A stretch of DNA of 64,000 nucleotides. It comes from Entomortierella parvispora E1425 (taxonomy: Eukaryota > Fungi > Mortierellomycota). The translations under genes were made by a program, and so were the position numbers. The stretch is from positions 2,914,001 through 2,978,000 of the forward strand of contig BQFW01000008.1 in NCBI GenBank assembly GCA_020891255.1. Reading direction: 5' to 3'. Shown piece after piece: positions 23,692 through 36,268 of the stretch (within the stretch, counting starts at the first letter, position 1; each line of letters opens with the position of its first letter). The notes beneath the pieces are model-generated. The model was given only the letters and a program-made list of their open reading frames with translations, searched no databases and was not told the DNA's origin.

Positions 23692-24046
23692 AATTTTTTT
23701 TATTCACTTTCAAAGCAAAATGGGCAGGTTGGTGAAGGAGAGCGTGCTGCAAGGACGTGAGGACGACAATCCGCGCACGCATTGTCGAGCAGCTGTGAGA
23801 AGGCCGGGGAATGGGGAGGATGGTGTGCGTGCAGCATGTCACAATTGGTTTGAGCGTGGCTGTCTAATGGAGACGAGCAGTATTTGGGCTGAGCCCATAG
23901 GTAAGCCATGGCTCCACGTATAAAACAGTCACGAATGCTGTCCGCTATGAATAAAAAGAACTCCCTGCCGCAGTTTTTTTCTTTCTTCACCTCTTGACTC
24001 TCGCGCAGTGTGTTATAAACCTCGGCTGGTCGCCATGCCTGTCCTC

Positions 24047-24151
24047 GACTTTCCGCAGCGTATATCCTCATTGGTAGAGGTGATTCTGTGGAGAGTTCCG
24101 AAGCTATGCGATTTCGCTGTATTTCGGATAAATGCACACTGCAAAAGGGTC
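24047..24151 (+). ncRNA. Candidate Pol III structured small RNA, copy 2 (105 nt, identical to copy 1)
   Basis: TATAAA at 24014. 105/105 identical to copy 1 while the flanks differ. T6-A-T5 tract from 24154. Copy spacing 460 bp. Confidence 0.6.
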
Positions 24152-25010
24152 AGTTTTTTATTTTTCATTTCAAAGCAAAAATGGGGGATAGCAATGGGTG
24201 GTGAGCTCAATAAAGCAGTGCGCAACCAGAGAGGGTCAACAAGTTGCACATGCACATCTTCATGCCAGTGAAGGGTGGGCATGTCATGGCCATTTCGAAA
24301 GAAACCATGGACGCGTGGAATTTCACACGTGACATTCCCATTTTTGGTGGCGCCTTTCATGAGTGACCTCCCCCTCTTCCCCTTGACTACAACAAGGATC
24401 AGGAGAAGGCAGAATTCAGGGGGACAATACACGGAGGCCCTTATGGGTAGACAGCTGACAGTCCATGCTCAATATGCTCGGTTGGCCGTCAAACTCGTTT
24501 TCGGTCGTGGTTCATGTAACAAACTTTCCACGGACGGCACCAACTCTTGATCCAAGAGATGACAACACTCCGATTAGAGCTACACCTCATCTAGCAGCAG
24601 TCAGTGTGGTTCGGCTGTTTCGATTTTGGGATGTCTGCATGAAGGAAAAATACAATTGACCCTGCAGGCACCTGCCTGCATGCATACTCGTCCGTGGCCC
24701 AGTGGACAAAGACCAGCAGTATCTCCTGTTTTATCAGTTCAGTTTGAGTTCATTGGCGATTTGGCTCATGCTCACAACTCATGAACTCAATGGACTCAAT
24801 GGTGTCAAGTATCAACGCAATGTGATTACCCGTTTGCTTCAACACATCCCTCTGTTACTTCAACTTCTGAGGCTTCGCCTTTACGTACAATCCGAACAAC
24901 CATGCTATCTACGGCAGCTAGTAAACAGAGAACAATTCGATAGGTTCAAGGAATTCAATCAATGAGTGTCTTTGAACGAGACGCCGATCATGTTGCGAAG
25001 TTCCATACTC

Positions 25011-25044
<34 letters not shown>

Positions 25045-27497
25045 ATCGGATGGTGAACATTGAACCAAGGAACTGAGCAACTTGCCCTAGAAATGCTTTT
25101 TTTAACCCCTCGGTTCATCGCCACCATTGATTGTGCACTGCTTCTTGAGTAACAAGTCGACATTCGAGGTCAACTGATTGCCGAAAATCGACCTTTTACC
25201 TTTTTTCTATATTTCGGAATCAGGGGCAGTCTCTTTATTTATGTCAAGGATGCCACAGATACATATTCAACACTCTGACAGCTTACCATGCTCAGATTTC
25301 TCACAGAAAAAGGAGCAAAAAAACCCGAACCTACAGGATCTGGGTGCAGACAGCGCTTGGTCAAGCACCACCAATTCTCCGGGATACAGTTCTTCACACA
25401 TTCGGATGCGCCTTTCTTCTACCCCAAGTGATAATAGCTCCTCCTTTTTGTACAATGAGATATCCTCGAAAGAATCTTCATAGCATTGGACGATGGATAT
25501 ACGAGAGAGTCGAGCGTCTTTAAGTCGACATAGGCGGAAGGATCGAGACTGGAAGACTTTGGCCAAACTGTCTGAAAACCCATGCATTGTCATCCAAAAA
25601 TAAAAAATATGAAAGCCAATATGAAAGCTTTCATCACAACTTTGTCACCTCGCACTAGGTCTTTCACCCTGCCACTTTTCTTTATAGCAACTTTAACTAG
25701 ATCTCTGTGAAACAACAGTGGGGAGTGCACAGTTAAAATAACCAAGAGCAGACCAGGCAAGCAAGGGGGAAGAACTCAAACCTCCAGTATTTCGAGATCA
25801 GTTGAAGGATTCCCTCCCAGCTGTTGCCACAAAAGAGGGAAGCATCCCAGGCTGCTTTGTCGTTGACGATGATAGACGAGGAGGTGGATCCCAAGAAGGT
25901 GGGACTAGCGACACGATTCCTCAAGAGTCCCATCCATGCAGAGCCGGCCTCACTATGCGAGCGCTGGAACCGAAGCATGCAGGTGCAGGATCCAGAGGTG
26001 GCTGAAAAATAAGTCTTGAAGGTATCCAGGGACCCGGATACCTCCAGAGCGTCAAGACCAAGGTTGGCCTCTGATTTAGAGTACATCGCCACGACATAGT
26101 AAAGAGAGATGAGCATGGCAGAGATCTAATTGCAGATAAAGTACCATGGAGAGCGATAAAGTTGATTGTCAGTGGATGTTGTGGCAATTGAGACTTGTAG
26201 GAAGGGTCTTGGTGTTGAAAAAAAAGTTACCAAGACAGATCGGGTCAGTCTCCTTGATGAGAGTAGTTGGAGTAGGGTCCAAACTCCAGCTGCGTGGACA
26301 ATTGCAAAGAGAGCCATGGGGCTTGTCTGCATCTCGGGGCTAGCGAACATCCTATGTTCGATCGTGACGCTGACGCTGACGGGGTAAGTGAGGAGTGGAG
26401 AGTCGGTATGAGAGCCTGAGGAAGAGTAGAGAACAAGAGCTCAGAAAATGCGCTGAATGCTAGAAGCAATGAGGGAAACTGACAGGCGATTCGTGGGTGT
26501 TGAGAGAGAAGAATGACACGGAATGCATTATTGGCGAGAATGTTCATACTCCATTGCCTTCCATTACTCTGTTCCATGTGATTGAAGGCCAGCGGGCGAA
26601 GATACGCCACCAATTTTTTTTGGTTTTTTTGGTGTTTTTCTCTTCGCGTGCAGGACGTGATTTCTTTCTTTTACATATTTTCAGCATCTGTCTCTCAACG
26701 GCCATCCGTTTACTCTTCTACTGTAATGCTAGCATCATGAACCAAGGTTGTAGACTTGCGGTGTGAGGAGGGGCAGTGAAGGACGGCCAGCGAAAGAACG
26801 CCAAAAAATACCTCTAGAAATAGATAGATGATTTGAGCCCGTGCCTTGTTTCTATTTTCTCTCCGCCACCTCGGACCTGAAGTCCAAAAACAAGGAGAAA
26901 GGCGCCACACGCGCGCCCGAGAAAAAAAAAGTCAAGGATTCAATCTCACGGTGGCAACTGACAGATCTGTCTGTCGTTTTAGCTTTGAAGATGTAAAAGG
27001 GACGGGGGCATGCCTTCTTTTATGGTGGCTTTCATAATCCCAACAGCCTTTGTAAAGGAAAAGGAGTCAAGGCATACCGACTCTAGTCACAGAGCGCGAT
27101 TGAATGCAACAAGCAGGCGAAATAGCCAATGGGACCCAGGACCCAGGATTTTTGGGCTTGGGAGCTCAATTGCTGATCGAAGTTCTTTTACATTTTTTTG
27201 TTTTTGTTTGCAAGGGTTGTCTGACAAAGACGGTACCTGCGGCGTAAGTTAAAAATACCCATGAGGCAAAAAGCTCGTGGGTGATACAGATGGACTAAAG
27301 GGACCTCGATCGTATACACACCGAACCTTACCTTAGCGCTCGTGTCCCTCTTCTGTACTGTACATTTTCTTGCCTTTAAAAACCCTGGGAGTTTTCTGCT
27401 CTGTTCCTCACCTTTTCTTTGTTTTTGATCCTGTGTCGCCTTTCCTAATACCTTCCTCCATCCTCATCTCCTGATCCAACAAGAAAAGTACCCCAAG

Positions 27498-28770
27498 ATG
27501 CCACCTCACAGTGTCCACTCTCTCAACGCCGCCACTGCCAATGGCAGGACTCCATCCTTATTTGCTTATACTGATTTTGACAGCACCGTGACTCTCAAGG
27601 ACTCAGGCAACACTTTGATGGCAGCGATCATGGGCGAGGAGGAGCTGATACGCCTTGACTGCCTTCCGGAGACGGACCCTAAGAATGTCTCCTTACGAAA
27701 GGCCGAGGATATGAAATGGGATCGAGTGACTCTGTCAATTCAGGATGCCGCCGATCTCTTGGTCAATGGATCCGTCTCAGTTTCCTCAGGACCCGAAAAG
27801 TTGAAAACATTAAATGTGGACAAGGTTGTGATGGATCCAGCCTTTGCGGCTTTTCACTCGTTTTGTAGAGAGAATTGTATTCCTTTGATCGTGGTCACCA
27901 TGTAAGTCTTTCCACCTTTCTCACCCCCTTCTCTCTTTGTCTCTCCTTTGAAGATGCAAACGAGTCAACTGCTCGCTTCCTACATTGTTTTTTTTTATCT
28001 GTTCTTTCACTGACTCCAAAGTTTTTGTCTTGTTCTCTTTTTGTAGAGGCATCCAACCGTTGATAGAGGCCATGCTGGACAGATATCTCGGCCAGGACCA
28101 TGGCATCCTCGTCCGAGGCAACGGACTCGAGTTTCGTGCAGATGGATCCTGGAAGATCCTCTGGCGCGACAGCAGGTATTTTTTTTTTTTTTTTTTTTTT
28201 TTTCAAACTCAACGAATTTCCCCACGCGTTTTTTGTTGCGCCTCTCTTTCCATTCCGTCGACTCTGCGGATCTTCTTCATCTTCTGTCATCATGCATCAA
28301 CGCCCTGTGCCACCAATCCAAAAAAAAATCCTAACTTGTTTTCACCCTCTCTCCTCTCCCCCTTGCTTTTGTCCCCACCCCTTTTAAAAATCCCAACCTA
28401 AAAACGCAACCGACAAAAAAAAAAAAATCCTAACAGCCCATTCGGTCTCGAAAAGGGCCGAGCCTTGCGAGAAGCACGAGAGCATGATCTACGGGACTCC
28501 AGCACAGACCAGATCTTGTGGTGTGGCGACGGCAGCTCGGATTTCCCTGCCGCACTAGAGTCAAATCTGGTCCTGGCCCGAGAACAAACATCTTTGGAAC
28601 GTCTCTGCCGTGCCAACAACATCGCCCACACGGCCTTCAAGACCTTTGACACTGTACAAGAGACGGCCAAGGCGTGGCTTCAGAATCACCCAGGCGCACA
28701 GACGTCCGAGGAGGTGAAAACATTCTACAAGTCCTGGCAACTCAAAGTCTCTAATCCTCAGGAGCCATGA
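27498..28770 (+). CDS. HAD-superfamily phosphatase (MtnX/PHOSPHO-like, subfamily IB); join(27498..27901, 28047..28175, 28437..28770), 288 aa
   Basis: Motif I variant TDFDSTVT, VMDPAF..F..FC, GLEKG and motif IV CGDGSSDFPAA. GT-AG junctions keep the frame. Confidence 0.88.
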
Positions 28771-29172
28771 TAATAAAGACTTTTACTCTGTACAACATTT
28801 CCACTGCTACACTCAATCGTAAGCACTGAATTGGGGACCCTGCCTGATTTTCAAAAATGGTGGGTGGATCGATTCTTTATTTCCAGTCTTCGCCTTGATA
28901 TAAACGAGAACAGTAAAGAAAACAGGAGGATGATGTACAAGGTCGGAGCATTGAGGGGGTTATTTTGGTCGTAGTTTCAAGAGTAGTGGCGAATGGCTGT
29001 TTCGACCATGCTGAGTAAACTGGGCGAAGCAAAAAAAGGGAGAAGGAATAAAAGACCGGGCCGTAGGAGAGTTTGTTGAAGAGAAAAAAAAAATAAAAAA
29101 GTCCTGGTCGGAAGAGGATCAAAAAAGCACTGAACGATCCAAATTCATTCAAACTGTCCAAAAAGTATCGAC

Positions 29173-30606
29173 TTAGTAGTGGTAGTAGTCCTTGCTAAAG
29201 CTGGGGTCCTGAATAAATGCAGCCAAGACCTTGCTTCCAGTCTGCAACAGAGGGTGTCCAGCAACACTATTGGGTTCAGAAAGGACAAAAGATAAAGAAA
29301 TTCCGAAGATGTGAGCATCCATGCTGTATTTCGTCATTTTTTCAGCCACGCCGCGGGACAGAAGGTGTGCGGGAGGCGGTGTAACAACTGATTTTTCAGA
29401 CACAGAAAACCAACAATGACAAGCCATAAACTTGAAGCGAGGGTGGGTAGGAAAGTAGAGCAGTGTGACTTACATCTGCAAGAAACGCTCCAATCCTTCG
29501 CGACGCTGCTCAATGACCTCGTCCGTGAAGCGGTTGGTGAAGACCTTTCCTGGAAGAGGAGGGATGTTGACTCTGGAAGACTCTCTCTCCAATACATCAC
29601 GGAACCACTCAAAGTCCGAGTAGCGACGACGAACAGTGGATGACTTTAACTTGAAGGCAGGGATATTGGTCTAGATTCAGGTTTCAAGGTTTCAGGGACA
29701 GAGAGTCAGCATCGAAGGATCACCCATAGGCTTCTATATGAGGAAAGGGAGATTCCATCGCTCCTTGTTGCTGTGTTGCCGTTCCTGGGAGAGCGAGATA
29801 AGAACAGAGAAGCACGGCCTTCCCGCGTGACGGATAGACCAGTCGGCGTGTTTCCATGTCCTTGCACAAAGATGCCTGGGCGTCGTGTCCAGTCATGCGG
29901 GATACGGACAAGGTAAAACAGAGGCGAGCCAAGAGGCAGACAACAGCAAGAGAGAGCACTTACTCGGCAGACGATCTCGTAGTCAGTAAACATCTTGCGA
30001 GCGACACCTATCCGATAAAAGTAATGACCATAACAAAGAAAACGTAAAAAAAAAGAGAGACAAAAAAAAAAAAGGAGGCCAGGGGAGAGATGGGCGAGAC
30101 CCAATATCGTCAGCAACAGTGAAAAAAACACAGGAGAGGAGGGTGGGTGACCTAAAATCCCTCGGACCACACGAGACGATCCTGCGTACTGCAGATATCC
30201 TGTCCAGACGGGTGAGGTCCTTGTCCATGACTAGTCTCCTTGGGTCCATGAGCAGGCAGATTACAAAGGGGCTGCCAAGACACGAGTTGTCGGGACGAGG
30301 GCGGGGAGAAGAGATGCGATGGACTCACCATGGTTCTGGGGATTCCTGACTTCAATCTCCAAAAAGTTTTCTGGCTCGCCATAGATATCGTCGAGGGTCT
30401 GGGGTTTGGATTGACTAGAGGTTGTTGAGAACAGAGACAAGAAGAAGGAAAAAGAAGGGTTGAGTCAAGAACGTCTAGCAGAGGAGCCAGCTGCAGAAGC
30501 GGGGCTCGCTTGAGAGTTGAACGCAGAGCGAGAGAGAGACAGCAGGCACTTACAGGCGAGAGTGCTCGTCAAAGGCACGGTGTTGTACAGAGTTGGGCGA
30601 GTTCAT
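29173..30606 (-). CDS. SNX3: Sorting nexin-3 (PX domain); join(30606..30554, 30414..30329, 30007..29964, 29670..29474, 29266..29173), 157 aa
   Basis: Spliced translation: [20 protein letters not shown]|[14 protein letters not shown]|[66 protein letters not shown]|[14 protein letters not shown]. The ORF track does not show this gene as one unit. Confidence 0.95.
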
Positions 30607-30861
30607 GGCGGAAGTGAGGAGAGGAGTAAAAGTCGACGAAAGGAGGGGATAGAGAAGAAAAGGAGAGAAGAAGAGACAGAGAATGAGACTGAGGAGGGAA
30701 TGGAACGAATGAAAAATGGACACGAGAAAGAGAGATGGATGGGAAGAAGATGCACGTGACTTGATCACGAATCCACTGTGGGGCAGAGAAGAACAAACAA
30801 AGTCTCTTCTCTTTCATTCAACTTCCCCCCCAAGCAAACCAAGCAAACCAAGACATCAGCC

Positions 30862-31552
30862 ATGGATCTTCAGCGCATCAACTCGCTCATTCGTGAGATT
30901 CCCGACTTCCCTAAGCAGGGAATCCTCTTCAAGGATATCTTCCCCTTGTTCCAGGACCCCTTTGCCGTCGAAATGGTTATCACCCACATTGTCAACCACA
31001 TCAACACCACCATCGACAAGAAGGTCGACGTCGTTGTCGGTCTCGACGCTCGTGGCTTCCTCTTTGGTCCCTTGATCGCCATGCGTCTCGGTGCCGCCTT
31101 TGCTCCCGTTCGCAAGGCCGGAAAGCTCCCCGGCGCTGTCACCCAGGTCTCCTACGAGAAGGAGTACGGCACTGTAAGTTCCTTTCTTTCCGTTTGTTGG
31201 CCTCACTTTCAACCACGTTTCTCTCTCTCTCTTTGCAGCGATTGTCCAAACCAAAAAGACATTCAAGACATTTTACGATCCATTGAACTGATATTATCTC
31301 CTCTTTTCCTTACAACATGACTCGCATACCCCTCAGGATATCTTCGAGATGCAGCAGGATGCCATCAAGACCGGTCAGAACGTCATTGTCATTGACGACT
31401 TGATCGCCACCGGTGGAAGCGCTGCTGGTGCTCAGGAGTTGATCCAGAAGCTCGGAGGCAACGTTCTCGAGTTCATCTTCTTGATCGAGCTCGAGTTCTT
31501 GAAGGGCAAGGATGTTCTCAAGGCTCCCGTCTACTCCATGATCAAGGCTTAA
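30862..31552 (+). CDS. APT1: Adenine phosphoribosyltransferase; join(30862..31173, 31337..31552), 175 aa
   Basis: IPDFPKQGILFKDI, VVGLDARGFLFG, VRKAGKLPG, YEKEYGT|DIFEMQ and PRPP motif VIVIDDLIATGGS. Confidence 0.96.
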
Positions 31553-31798
31553 GAGTAACAAGAAACTGTCTATGCGATGATGACCCAGTTTTTTTTGTTT
31601 ACTTCAAAGTATGTACATACCATTAGCATCATGGGTGCTCTCAATCTTGGACTCGACTCGGAAGAGATCGCTTGGCTCGAGAGTAACCCCCAAAGACTTT
31701 ATAGAGACCCCTTTACTCATATGAAGCATTAAATTATGACAAAAAGCAATTGGACTGGTGCTGTGGGGTTATAGCATGGCTGGATATTTATTGGAATC

Positions 31799-33483
31799 CT
31801 ACGAGCGGTCTCTTTCGCGGTCTCTGTAACTATCCCTGCTGTCTCTGCTATCTCTGCTATCTCTGCTCTCCCTGCTATCCCGATCACGGTAGTCTCTCTC
31901 GGATCTGCTATCCCGATCTCTCTCCCGATCTCTGTAGTCGCGATCTGACCTGCTATCCCTGTCCTTTTCACGATCACGGCTGTCTCGATAGTCACGATCG
32001 TCCCTACTTGATCGGTAGTCCCGGTCGTCTCTGTCTCTACTGGAGCGAGAGTCTCGACTATTTCTATCATAGTCTCTAGATCGGTCCCGATCCCGATCCC
32101 TTCTATCATCCCTGTCCTCATCGCGATCTCTTGGCTTGGATGACTCTGAAGATGAGGGCCGTTGGTCGAACCGAGAACTGCTGCCGCTTCCATTCCTCGA
32201 GTCACGCTGGCTTCCACTGCTACCAATGGGACTATAGGATCCCTGTCCGTTCATATCCGCAAGTCGCTTCTTCCGTGCCAATTCTCGATCCATGATTTCC
32301 TCCGCAGCAGATCTTTTCCTTGGTGGTTCAGAGGCAGCAGGCGGCGTCTGGGTGGACGATGATGATGAGCTCTTGGAAGAAAATGGGTTGGGTTTCTTGG
32401 CTGCCAATGCGTTCAAACTCTTGGGCTTGATAAGACTGGCGGTTGCGCCTCCTAACTTTGCTCCGCCAAGCCCAAGACTGACAACAGGTTTGATCGAGAT
32501 GTCCAGTTTGATCTTTTCCTCTTCGTTCTCGCGGACCAGCTCTGTTGTAGCGCTTTCCTCTTCTGCCTCTGGGTCATCTCCGCTTCCTGATTGTTGTTTC
32601 TTGAGAAGAGCCGCCTTTTGGATTTGCTGTTGGATCAACTTTTGCTCTCTTTGTTCATCGTCCATCTCCATGCGTTCCTTTTTGGCAATAGCCTCCTGAC
32701 GGGCCAGTGTCTTTGGCGAGTTGTCGATCCAGGTCATGAACCATCCCTTGGGCGTCTCATCCACTGTGGCCAGTCCCTCCTTTCCAAGGTGCATGGTAAA
32801 TTCTGATAGGGAGGCCCATTTCGTGGCGTTCATATGCAAATGGGTCCTGTCCGAGATGAACTCTTGATAAACGAGATTGGCATTCACTCGACGAGTGCCG
32901 TATCTAAGTTAAAACAGAGTTGTTAGAACTTTCCGGATCAGAGACGTAAACGTATAATGTCAGGATTGTCCCTGGCAATCTGCTCTGCTTTTTTTTACCT
33001 TGTAGAGAGCAGCTTCATGAAATCCCGCTGAAATTCTGCAGAGTAGTCGTTCACATATTTCTCCGGAGATTCGGCCACAAGCAAAATCTTGCGCTGGTGG
33101 GATTCCGATGCACAATGACACTATTGATCAGAGAAGGAAGAAAGAAAACATGTATAATAGCGCAGGCTGGGGTTAGAAAGATTGTCTTCATAGTCATTAC
33201 TTGAATACAAAAGGCATGGTCCAGTGATCTATATACCTTGAATCCATTCTCGTCTCGACATTGCTTCTCGCAGATCTGACAATACCATCGCAGCTTCTGG
33301 AGTCCTTTAGATTTGATGCGATTGGCAATCTATACATGCAACAGTGCAGAAGAAAGAAATAAGGGGTTTGTTCCATTGTTCCATTACACAGCAATGTTTT
33401 GTGACCAAGCATGTAATTTCTCAGGTCAAAGGTAAAAAGTCAAAACCTACGGCCTTCGCAGTAAGAAATCCGTCCTTGGCCAT
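31799..33483 (-). CDS. KIN17: KIN17/Rts2 zinc-finger protein; join(33483..33451, 33329..33237, 33120..32999, 32903..31799), 450 aa
   Basis: IANRIKSKGLQKLRWYCQICEKQCRDENGFK|CHCASESHQR, then YGTRRVNANLVYQEFISDRTHLHMNATKW...VDETPKGWF. C-terminal RD/RS tail. Confidence 0.95.
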
Positions 33484-33820
33484 GATTCAATAGTTGCTTC
33501 CTTGTCGCTGTTATGGGTTTGCTGTAGTTGTGGGTAATGGTGGCGTGGTGAAAAGGATTGTGATCACAAGCCCATCCATCCTTTTAAAGAAAGAGGTGGT
33601 CACGTGCAATCTTTCATGGCCTGACGGAGATGTTTCGTGGATTTTTGTTCCTTCCATCCTCCTTCTCTCCTCTACCTCGCTCTTCTTTTCATATTCTCTC
33701 TCTCCTCTTTCCTTTCCCCCTTCTTGTTGATCAGGCGAGGCAGAGTTATCGGTAACAATCTATCCACACTGAACATCGGCCGTTTCACAACGTCGCCTAA
33801 CCTTCGCTCTACTCACCTTC

Positions 33821-36268
33821 ATGCAGAGCATGCCTTGGTTCAAACGAATGCTATATTCAGAGGAGGCTGTTGGACGTGCCAATACTCATCTCGAGAATGC
33901 TTGCAACATGAGATCGACGGGCCAAAAACTGTGCGATGAAGCCAAAGAGGCGCTGGGGAGGATAGACAACTCGAAGAATATCAAGGATCGGGACAAAACT
34001 GCTGCAGTCTATCGAGAACATGGAAAACTGCTCGAGAAACTGGGACTCGGAGACGAACCAAAGTTCAAAAAGTGTTCAACTACAACAAAGCCGAGGACCT
34101 GTTGTATGGATAAAGCCTTTTTATTGCTGATATGGTGAGCGAGAAGGACGTGGACACTCTTCTGACGATGCTCTCTCTCTCTCCGTATAATCACTTTTAG
34201 CAAGAATCCCAGCCAAAGCATGCCAGCTTCATATTCGATTACCAACACGACCTCAGCCTCGAGTACTTCATCGATTGCGTCCAACTCTATCCTTCCTTCA
34301 AGCTCTACTTCAACCTATGACAGAAAAACAGTCATCTCAACAATCTTCTCAAAGGACTGGCCACCGCCTATTATCTAATGCATATTGCCACAGCCTGATG
34401 AACGACTGGTCAGCACTCGTCAACTTGCATCCTGTCTTGCTCTGTTATAGGCACCGTCTCAATTTCTGGACAACCTGAACTCTTCAGTACTTACCTGGGT
34501 AAAGGCCACAGAGAGCAATAAGGATGAAAGGGACAGACTCAGGACATTGGCTACCGACTTGATCCGTGCTCTTGCCCGGGATGAGCTGCGGGATATAATG
34601 GCCATCTCCGAGGTTGTGTGTTGGGCGCATATCCTCGAGAAACTCGACTTTCGATCCCGCCTCTCTGTGCTTGTTAACACCATCAATGATTCTCTTCTTG
34701 TGGACATCGATGCTTTAGATGGATTGGCGTACTTGATCCAGACTGCTGCTCCTGGATACCTCGATGCCGACGACTTGGTCAAGATCCTTGATCTTTTGAG
34801 CACCCGACTCCAAGATACATTTCGGCGATCGCCTCAGCACATCTACGAACTCACCATCACCGTATCGCGAGTTCTTGATGTAATGACAGACAGTAACATT
34901 CGGGGTCTGGACCGTATCAAAGTGCACGAACCACCTCGTATTTGGACCGGTTGAAGGCTGACAAGGACTCGTACATCGTGTTCCAGGCAGCATACGCATC
35001 CCAGGCACTGTTGTGTGTCCCTATGATGAGGAGCCATGGCAAGCCGTCATGCGACGATCGGGAACAGTCATCGAGGGGTTAGAAGGACTGGCGAGTGCGG
35101 TTAAGGACCTGAATATCGCCGAGTTCATCAACGGTCTAAGCACGATTCAAGAGGGCCTCCAAGGTGCAGGTCAGATCTTTGGACTTGCTGTGGATGCGTA
35201 CAAGGAGTGACAGTGCTAAATGAGAGTCGCCAGGGACTTCCTGAGGCACTCAGGCACGGTCTCAGCTTTAGCCACGAACGCACTTGGTATGCAGCCTTGC
35301 GTGATGCCGACGTCTTGATCCAAAATAGCGAGCTGGCCAAGCTCAAGACATTGATCTGCGAGGCACTTTGGCGCCGAGATCTGGCTTTTCAATGGGGAAT
35401 CTATCCACAACTCGGATCTCTGGCAGCAGACTTTGCGTGCAATATGGACTCTCGAAAGGGTGCAGTTGCGATGCTTGGAGAGATGTATTGGAACGATGAT
35501 GAATGGGGTCAGGAACCACGTATCATACAATGCATCTTGGACACTTTACTGAAACTTTCCCAAGAACCTGGACAGATCACGAAAGGTATTTATGAGATCT
35601 GTACTACTCGAACCATTGCTCGGTTTGATCATCTTCACTGAAGACAAGTCTGTACGGTCATGCAAACTCATTGAAGATGGGAGTAAGCCTTCGCAATGTT
35701 GGGTTTTGGCCGCCACAGGTTTGAAGGGTCATCACGTGCAGTCCGCCAAGACCATCGTGGGAGGAGGGACGTGCGCAAGGGCGAAGACTTCTGTTCTTTT
35801 TTCACTTTATTCTCTCGTCTCCTTCTTACCCTCCAGCCAATCTGCTGAACCAATTGATTACGTCAACGCTATCAGTAAGAATTCATACTGAACATGTACC
35901 TTTTTTTTTTCTCAACAATACTATGTCCTGTGGACACTGACACTTTGTCTCTATAGTTTACCCTTCTGAACCCCACAATGGCAACACATTGGACTCTCCC
36001 TCCCATCTTGCCCGAACTTGAAGCGATCTACCACACTCACTTAGCCACCCATGCACAGTTGCCAAGGGAGGATATTAACTACGCCACCTTCAACAAACCA
36101 TGGAGGCAACTCCATCGAGATTTATTGCGACTCAATAATCATATTACAAAGGGTCGGGTGGACAACGTCTCCGAGAAGATTCAGGACATTTCTGAAAAAG
36201 TCAATGCAATGCACTCAGGAGTAAAGGACTATGTGCAACAGACGCAAGGGGTTGGTACAAGTCTTTGA
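33821..36268 (+). pseudogene. Decayed, C-terminally truncated paralog of the Arm-like/NACHT/WD40 family (N-terminal domains only)
   Basis: Fragments in shifting frames (LCDEAKEAL...YREHGKLLEKLG; LDADDLVKILDLLSTRLQDT...TVSRVLDVM; WYAALRDAD...FQWGI...LGEMY) match the N-terminal half of 54936-60236. Several stops and frameshifts; no P-loop found downstream. Confidence 0.8.

Noticed and set aside
25013-25043. Long poly-T run of about 31 nt
   Set aside because: Ordinary homopolymer or poly-A remnant; no associated retroelement features seen.
24900-26360. Possible further decayed F-box-like gene on the minus strand (MFASPEM..., LCNCPRSW)
   Set aside because: Similarity too weak and fragmented to support without a search.
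31799-32140. Short periodic DNA repeats that could suggest a CRISPR-like or satellite array
   Set aside because: They encode the RD/RS tail of KIN17; no unique spacers, and the context is eukaryotic.
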